A DNA stretch of 64,000 bases, from the NCBI RefSeq assembly GCF_037042905.1, contig NC_087246.1, positions 8,370,001-8,434,000 on the forward strand, given 5' to 3'. The translations under genes were made by a program, and so were the position numbers. The stretch comes from Lytechinus pictus. Lineage: Eukaryota. A model generated the notes under the pieces. It searched no databases, was not told the origin of the DNA, and saw nothing but the letters and a program-made list of their open reading frames with translations. Positions 60,214 to 64,000 of the stretch are shown here, piece by piece (the first letter of the stretch is position 1; the number at the start of each line of letters is the position of its first letter).

Positions 60214-60859
60214 TCAAGTATTGCTTTTAATTTCTTACGCTAGGAAGCAGTCTTCAAGAACTATACCAAAACTGATAAACCTTATCCAGCAGTTTCAACA
60301 AGACTTTTTACCAAAGGCCTGCGACCATTGAGATTTAGGATGATTTAATTATTTCAGTACATGGCTCACGGGGATTTTATCAGAAGTTATTTCCTTCACT
60401 TCTTGTAAAGGCTTAAACAAAAGTTTCAAAAGCATTAAAAAACACTATAAATTCTACATTCATCCTAATAAAGGTGAACATTCCTTTACAGCTTTCTGTT
60501 TACAAACATGTGTTTCCAATTTCCAGGAAAAAAATAACAAAAAGTAAAAATGATTTGTTTCTCTATCAACTAATTCCCTGCTCTTTTTCCAACAGGGTAT
60601 AAACAATAACAACAAAATCAGTCTATGCACTTTCAGTTCACTGGCTTTCATGCACAAACATCATAAATTTTTTTTTTCCTGTAAGAAAAAAAGATGGGAA
60701 AATATACAACAGCTATTTGACTAAATTTGGTTTCGCATTAACCAATTTACAGATGCTAACAAGAGTCCAAAATATTCTTGATTAAGATTATTTTTAAAAC
60801 CAATTGATACAACTAAGCAAAGCCAGACGTTAGCTTGAAAGCTTTAAATTACTTAAAAA

Positions 60860-63330
60860 GTACATGCCTTGGTGCTACAAAGTTGTCATAAAATCTAGTG
60901 GTTTGTAGTCAACAAGTTCCTTTTGATTCTTCACTACATGACAACGTGGAAAACTGAATTCTACTGCATAGGAATGATACTAGTGTGAATTGTAATACAC
61001 TGTATCTAATTGGACAAGTACAAAAAATACATTGCTGTTGTGTACAATGATATGCTCTATTTGACCAAACAGAGGAAGCTCGCTAACATCATGGCAGACC
61101 AGAAGTGACAACTGATAACGTGTTCCATTTACTTTAACCCAGTTGGCATCAAAGAATTAAGTAGAAAGATCCTCTACTTGAATTTGCTCTTGCACAATCT
61201 GTCCAATATTTTCATCTAAATCTGACAAAAGAAGTGAACTACCTGCCCCCCCCTGGCCCAACCTCTACTATATTCCAAAGGATGGTTCGACTGTAGATGG
61301 AACGTTAGTGCTGTCTGATGTTTTTTGGCAAGTGATTTACAAATGTTTTTGTAATTACGTACAGATTCTGCAACACGGCCAAAATAGTGATGTTTCGCTT
61401 CGTATCTCATACACCATACATGTACGAGTGGGCCAACTTCTCTCAAACACGTTGGATAATGCACCATAAAGTGATGTTTTGGCAACAACCTTCTGTCAGG
61501 AAATGTTTTCTGGAAATGTGTGTGATGTTCTTCAATAAGAACAGGCAACTGGGCTATCAAGCCTGCTGTCAATTGAGGAGCAAAAATAATGTCCATACAA
61601 TCTAGCAATCTAAGTAGCAATTCCCAGTAGACATTTCCTTCTTCAATGTCGTGAGCAATAATGAATGGCAGATTTCGAATCAAGCACCATGCTTGCATAG
61701 CCTTCTGTCCAACAGCATTACTAGCTGACCTAAGTTTGATAAAGGATGGTTTGTTCTTGTTATCTGTACGGTTTAAGCAATGGCTGGCGACTCTCTGATT
61801 CAGTTCATCTTGGGACAAGAGTGGCGGTTGCCTTTCATATATGAAATACTCTAGAACAAGTTTTAGCTCATACTGAACTATGCCTTCCAAAAGATCATGC
61901 ATTATATCTAGTGAAAAGTTTGCCAAAATATGAAAGTAAATACAATCATTCAATACAGTCTTTTATTTCACTCCAAACACATGTGACTGAATAGTTTGAG
62001 CTTCAGCTGCTTCTAATTATGTTGCTCATAAGTCTGCCTGCTGCGCATATCCATTGAAACCTCTTTGAATTTGTTCTGTGCCTCTTCCTTACTTGTAACA
62101 CATAATCGACAGTAATAATGAGCAGAAAAGCTCTCTACAAATCCAAAAAGGGAATTTGCACCAAGATTATCAGCACTTATTTGAGTAATGGTCCCCTTCT
62201 TCACAACACCATTAGGGAGAGCAATGCCAACTGTTGTCAGGATGTAAATGTCTTTTACAATGTGCTTGAAAATTGCATTAAATCCATATTTCTTGGCATC
62301 TTCAGCATACCACAGAGCTATAAGATTGATATTGGAGAGATTGGAATTATACTTTGGTGGCAGATTTTTCAAAATGAAATATAAAGCACCTAACTTGTGA
62401 ATTTTTGTTTTTGAACCAATAGGGTTCACAGTCTCAAAATCATCATAAAAACAGTGAATCTGGAGGGCATTCTCATCTTCATGGAAAAGAGGGATTTTCT
62501 CAAATTGTGAACCATCACAATAATCTCTCATTACACCATCTGTGCTCTTATGGTCATGAGTAGCAAAATGCAATATATCTTTATTGCTTAAAAGCTGCTT
62601 TAAAGAATCTAAAATAGGAACGTAAACAAATGTATCTTCAATAGCAATCTGTTCATACTGCTTAGTTCTTTTATTGAGACGACTATCATATCAGATGCCT
62701 AACTTGATTTCTTGTGGTTCAACAAGTCCAATTGATTCACACAGTGCTTTGTCCGCTTATATTCTGAATTCAAATTTTCAAAGGGCTTTTCAAGCATGGC
62801 TAAATGTGTTTGAATCTCCTTATAAGCCTCGGATTCTATAGGCAGCTTATGTTTTAAGAAAGCAGTTGTAACAGCTGCTGATGCACTTATACTACATCAC
62901 CCACAATCACACTGGTTGATTCTACTACATCATTTATAACTTTTCCAGAGTTTGCACTATTTGCTGAAAATTTTGAAATTACATTTGCACACTGCCTGTT
63001 CAGGGTATCTATGGATAAAATGTCATCTTCATATACATCCTGATCTTCAACAATCTCATCATCATCAATATTGAATTCTTGAAGACTTGCTTCACATAAG
63101 TCACTAACTCTATCATTTTCATTAGACTGCTCTTCATCATCTGGAAAATCAGTTTTGAGGTGAGTCTGCAAATGTACCCGAAATCCACGAAAAGTATGAA
63201 ATGTTCTTGCACAAGCTCCCTGCCCACAGGTCAACACTTCTTTACCATCTTCTATTACTCCATGTTTCAATCTCAAATGTTGAACTAATTTGGGTATTGC
63301 AAACTGTTTGTGGCATTTGAAGCAAATCAT
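60860..63330 (-). pseudogene. EnSpm/CACTA transposase, intronless, disrupted
   Basis: Two N-terminal C2H2 fingers; 'DYCDG', 'YDDFETVNPIGS...HKLGALYF...NLPP', 'ADNLGAN...GF.ESF...YYCRLC', 'DIMHDLLEG', 'PKHHFMVHYP...GPL...WCMRYEAKH'. Premature stops (for example 62887, 62013) and frameshifts. Confidence 0.88.
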
Positions 63331-63650
63331 GGCGCTAACAATTTGGATCGCATTTCACGAACTCTGGGAGATTCACGGGACACTCCCACATCGATTTCGT
63401 AAATGGCAGTCTGGACAAAAGTCCAGAACTGCCGCAGAGACAAGCAGTACTGCAGGCCAAACACAAAGTGGGTTTTGAACAGTAAATCTACTGCTGCTTC
63501 GACCGTGCGTACTGAACATGGAATGGCCTTGTGATCCACGATGATCAAGTAGCTGGTGATTCGGGCCTTGGAATTGCCAATTGCAAGAAGGAACGGTTGG
63601 CTCTGCGTCTCTTTTGTGCCGTTGAGGAATGCTTGAATACTCCCTCCAGT
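63327..63650 (-). CDS. last exon of the CACTA companion (accessory) gene
   Basis: Acceptor acacag|ACTGGA at 63650; 'QPFLLAIG...SYLIIVD...EAAVDLLFKTHFVFGLQY...FWTFVQTAIYEI' resembles the C-terminus of animal EnSpm accessory ORFs; its TGA overlaps the transposase ATG. Confidence 0.65.
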   Translation of the reverse strand, partial: TGGSIQAFLNGTKETQSQPFLLAIGNSKARITSYLIIVDHKAIPCSVRTVEAAVDLLFKTHFVFGLQYCLSLRQFWTFVQTAIYEIDVGVSRESPRVREMRSKLLAP

Positions 63651-64000
63651 CTGTGTTGAAGACAAATTATTTGTATAGAATGTAACTAGCACCCAAAGCA
63701 TATCAATAAACAATATATTTTGATCACCATTTTGAAACAACAGCCTTACATGTAGTTCTGGGGGAAATTCTTGTATGTGTTTTGCAAAAGGGTTATTGGA
63801 CAGTAATGTATGACATAAAACCGATGAAATATACATCAAAGAAAAGAATTTGAATCTGTCCATCAAATGATATCATCAAAATATCAGAGTACCATATTTT
63901 TTGTAATTACTAGTAAATAAAATTTTTCTTAACCTGTAGAGGGGTAAAAATGCAAGTACTTTCAAAGCAGGTTTTATGTATATGATTAAGGTGCAAGGTG

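Larger units (their letters stand above)
58468..64000 (-). mobile_element. CACTA/EnSpm DNA transposon (continues past the window end)
   Basis: Terminus CACTGCAAAAA at 58468; subterminal array of AACACC/GGTGTT motifs; transposase and companion gene inside. Confidence 0.85.

Overview
AT-rich eukaryotic (animal) genomic DNA with spliceosomal introns. The repeat families and gene content suggest a marine invertebrate, most likely a sea urchin; this is inference. The left two thirds hold four host genes whose exons I could thread with consistent GT-AG phases: EFCAB5 (minus, at least 12 coding exons, runs off the left edge), a 3-exon Q50 PRD-class homeobox gene of Mix/Sebox/Phb type (minus; exons 1 and 3 are not in the ORF track in the right frame), NIF3L1 (minus, 5 exons) and SIRT4 (plus, 2 coding exons). 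NIF3L1 and SIRT4 sit head-to-head. Introns and spacers contain many MITEs with visible TIRs and TSDs (Harbinger, hAT, Tc1/mariner, Academ-like, Kolobok-like, HINE-like, ultra-short palindromes), several of them nested. From about 45 kb to the end the window is a transposon graveyard: a LINE endonuclease remnant, a fossil Polinton/adintovirus protein-primed polB, a hAT remnant, a 5-exon ZNF862-like hAT transposase and a CACTA/EnSpm element. All of these coding remnants are on the minus strand. The most notable observations are the ATGA stop/start overlap between the two CACTA genes, the co-orientation of the TE remnants antisense to SIRT4 read-through, the orphan-type homeobox gene and the Polinton fossil.
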